Assembly: GCA_000934665.2 (NCBI GenBank)
Contig: JYFJ02001398.1
Coordinates: 1-64,000 of the forward strand
From: Catajapyx aquilonaris
Lineage: Eukaryota
Length of the DNA stretch: 64,000 nt
Direction: 5' to 3'
The notes under the pieces are model-generated. The model worked only from the letters and a program-made list of their open reading frames with translations, had not been told where the DNA came from and ran no database searches. Position 1 is the first letter of the stretch. The number at the start of each line of letters is the position of its first letter. Below, piece after piece: positions 61,889-64,000 of the stretch. A program made the translations under genes and the position numbers.

Positions 61889-63133
61889 TTTTAAAAAGTG
61901 ATGACTTATAAAGTGATCATCAACAAATTCTGTGAGTTTGTACACTTATTTTGAAATCACGACAGTTTGCCCTGTCCTCACAAAGAAATAATTTCTAATT
62001 ACCATGCATCAGTGATTCTATTACAGGCAGAAGTGAAGGGCATTTCCACACTGACTGAAAACTGTCATGGCAAAATTTAGGCCTGGGAAATGGAGCAATA
62101 CAATTCCAGTTTATATGCACTCTTTTGACATTACCCAGAAAGATCAGTGCACCCCCTAAATCATGTGAGATGACTTCTTCGCACTGGTCACATTTTCATA
62201 TCTATACTTATGGGGTCCCTCAGTTTCAGATTCAGGAATTTTCAGCCATTGTAGGCAAGCCTTTTAAATCACTGCAATGGCTGTCCTTGTAAAACACCAG
62301 CTGATGACGTTAATGAGAAGTTACAAACCTGGCAACTTACCCTCTCCACCTGGAATCTCACTATAAATTGGCTCAGACTTCTTCTGTGCCACGGGCCGGA
62401 CTAGCTGTCCAGATGGTTCTTTTAAAAGCCTGCAACAATGCACAAATGTGTAAAACATGTGATGTCATAATCTGCATTGCAAACGCACACCACCACCTAC
62501 TTACAGTCACTCTTAAATTTACAAATATCCTTAGAAAGGTGCAGACCTGTTAAGAAGTAAACAAGGGTGTTGCCTTTTACCTGGCCCACATACAACTATA
62601 TTTGGCAACACTCTGTGGGTGGGGTTCAGAGGATGCTGAGGGAGTGATGCAATAATCACAATAATACTCACTTGGTTGGACTTCCTTTCCGGCATAAATT
62701 AACTTGGGTCCCTCTTGTACGTGATGGTGCTGGTGACAGGGGTGGCACTTCAGGTTTAGGCGGAACAGGTGGCTTTGGTCTCCCTGTATTTTTTTGCAAG
62801 ACAGTTGGGCAGTCTTTAGTATCAGCACTCCTTGCACGAGCCCAACTACAGAAATAGACAACCTGGCTGGAATCTCAGCTCTTGGCCTAACGCCATGCTC
62901 TCGCTTTCATGAACTTCCCTAGCTAACATTCACTTGCGTGGTCATGTATGAACATTCCTACACCTTAATTCCTCGACCGTGTGTTATATTAGGGCCCTGT
63001 GCTTCCCTCATTATGTATTGAACAAATGGCACTTCACAGCTCCTGGTTAACAAAGGAGGTCAATGAGGAAAATTAACACATGCTTACCTGTCAGTTGAGT
63101 GGCAGGGGGTAATGAGGTGGCCATGTGTGCCAT
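52974..63133 (-). CDS. FGD6: FYVE, RhoGEF and PH domain protein (FGD5/6-like Cdc42 GEF); 5' exon structure uncertain
   Basis: Confident exons: 61315-59379, 58448-58210, 55740-55335, 55213-54884, 54693-54556, 54476-54036, 53965-53866, 53777-53434, 53117-52974; probable 62429-62341; candidates 62845-62672 (or -62581) and ATG exon 63133-63088. DH: IARELATSEKAYV, KGPFLKLYADY, YMLKPVQRIPQYRLLLQDY; PH1: LLKEGELFK...LSDCLLY; FYVE: WIPD...RRHHCRACGKVICGHCS...RVCDFC; PH2: MSGWL...WFVLKDRVLYFY...QKWVCAM. The symbol means FGD5/6-like only. Confidence 0.88.
53434..53777 (-). CDS. FGD6: FGD-like exon (PH2)
   Basis: ctgcag|LQSREA...PSRLKEVCANDAGSQMSGWL...WFVLKDRVLYFYGASQDVVALQSLPVLGY...SPNE|gtgagt. Confidence 0.9.
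53866..53965 (-). CDS. FGD6: FGD-like exon (second half of FYVE)
   Basis: tttgtag|VICGHCSANRAPLEYRKNDPARVCDFCFDRLYK(G)|gtcagt. Confidence 0.9.
54036..54476 (-). CDS. FGD6: FGD-like exon (PH1 and first half of FYVE)
   Basis: ttccag|LSDCLLY...EREEWM...APVWIPD...RRHHCRACGK|gtaaca. Confidence 0.92.
54556..54693 (-). CDS. FGD6: FGD-like exon (start of PH1); absent from the ORF track
   Basis: tttcag|DNMERMLSLQRQLGSYELIRPGRSLLKEGELFKLGRKERQPRFFIL|gtaatg. Confidence 0.88.
54884..55213 (-). CDS. FGD6: FGD-like exon (DH core)
   Basis: tcacag|VIAQKGPFLKLY...KPVQRIPQYRLLL...SLRLG|gtaagt. Confidence 0.92.
55335..55740 (-). CDS. FGD6: FGD-like exon (start of DH domain)
   Basis: ttgcag|SMSRFYLD...KAFLIARELATSEKAYVDAL...SPRMAQ|gtgaga. 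Confidence 0.9.
58210..58448 (-). CDS. FGD6: FGD-like exon (acidic/basic linker)
   Basis: cctcag|NGKKNGKRWCDEGELSGG...SSLPT(GA)|gtaagt; phase 2 fits exon 55740. Confidence 0.8.
59063..59222. mobile_element. MITE with about 31-bp TIRs, probably PIF/Harbinger-like, in an FGD intron
   Basis: GGTGCGTTTACGTGTGAGCGATTTGACGAGC / GCTCGTCAAATCGCTCACATGTAAACGCACC; flanks AAA and TTA (imperfect 3-bp TSD). Confidence 0.8.
59379..61315 (-). CDS. FGD6: FGD-like large Pro/Ser/Glu-rich disordered exon (1937 nt)
   Basis: 650-codon open frame; acceptor ttttttattcacag at 61316-61317, donor CAA|gttagt at 59378; frame continues into exon 58448. Confidence 0.82.
61837..61885 (+). repeat. (CT)n microsatellite in an FGD intron
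   Basis: About 24 CT units. Confidence 0.95.
62341..62429 (-). CDS. FGD6: Probable FGD-like 5' exon (LLKEPSGQLVRPVAQKKSEPIYSEIPGGE)
   Basis: ttgttgcag acceptor, gtaagt donor, open frame, phase-1 exit fits exon 61315. Confidence 0.6.
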
Positions 63134-64000
63134 GGTGTCAACTCACATGGTTGGCTGCAACCTGGAATTTTAAAACCATTACGTAAATTGTTACCAGCCA
63201 ATGGTAGTTATACAGAACAGAGGTAGGCTCCTATTCAACTCCTCATTCACGTAACAGAAGACTACTTATGAATTACAGGGCACCACAGCTGCGTATGATG
63301 CAAGCACGCGCTACCAGGTTAATTACAAGGCATTTTGTGCTGCATGCCTATTGCTAACCATTTGAGTACTGGGCCAAATAACCGCATATCATATATACAA
63401 CCACAACCAAGCAGTTATTCATATAAAAATAATTAGTTTTAACTAGTATTTTAAAGCTCACTTACATCTCTCAGAGATATCTTTGTGCACTGACAAAAAT
63501 ATTTCCTCTGCTGCAATGTCATGCATGCTATCTCTATTTTACATATTTCAACATTTTAGCTAAAAATTACATTTTACCAATCCCAACCACCTTTATTATA
63601 GCATCAGATAGTTATCAGGACTTTAAAAAACAAAGCATTTCCACCTCTCTAAAATATATAGGCAGATTCCATTCACAACGTGACTAATGCCATGGGGTGT
63701 CACGTGACATCATTCTGTACCCACCCCACCCCACCAAACTGGAAATCATGCCAGCACTTCCCTTCTTTTTTATCAATTCTCATCCGTCCCTAAATTAATC
63801 ACCCTCAGGAAGACTCCTTTTGGTAAATTCTGACTCATTCTTTCTAACCCCAATGTGGTTTACCAAATCCTCAAGCAAATCCTATTCAATCTGGTCAGGG
63901 TCTGGTTTATGGTCTAAGCATAGGCCTACCTACCTATTGCAAAACGAGGTGACGCACCAGTTTATATGCAATCAGGACAGTTCCATCGTTTCAGATGAAT

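Overview
Eukaryotic (animal, most likely arthropod) genomic DNA, not prokaryotic; most ORFs in the track are spurious or single exons. Three intron-containing genes could be rebuilt by hand with consistent GT-AG boundaries and frames. (1) A + strand MOXD1/DBH-like copper type II monooxygenase (9 coding exons, 15795-47392, about 690 aa) has a signal peptide, a DOMON domain, an intact set of Cu ligands and a hydrophobic or GPI-like C-terminus. (2) A - strand SMYD4-like SET/MYND methyltransferase (4 coding exons, 51857-49554, about 651 aa) converges on it. (3) A - strand FGD5/6-like RhoGEF (long Pro-rich N-terminus, then DH-PH-FYVE-PH; about 1370-1480 aa depending on the 5' exons) ends only about 1 kb upstream of the SMYD4-like gene. 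The first 44 kb (intergenic DNA and the large MOXD1 introns) is CpG-rich and full of MITEs: a 5-copy near-palindromic family carrying TGACGTCA (CRE) sites, a nested MITE, an intact hAT MITE with 8-bp TSD and a long foldback. The last 19 kb is gene-dense and CpG-depleted. I found no convincing new biological system. The best leads are a cluster of 8 perfect CRE palindromes in MOXD1 intron 1 (partly MITE-borne), a sharp CpG boundary inside MOXD1, a possible dual-frame 5' exon and EPIYA-like motifs in the FGD gene, and a possible N-terminal Cu-binding motif in MOXD1.
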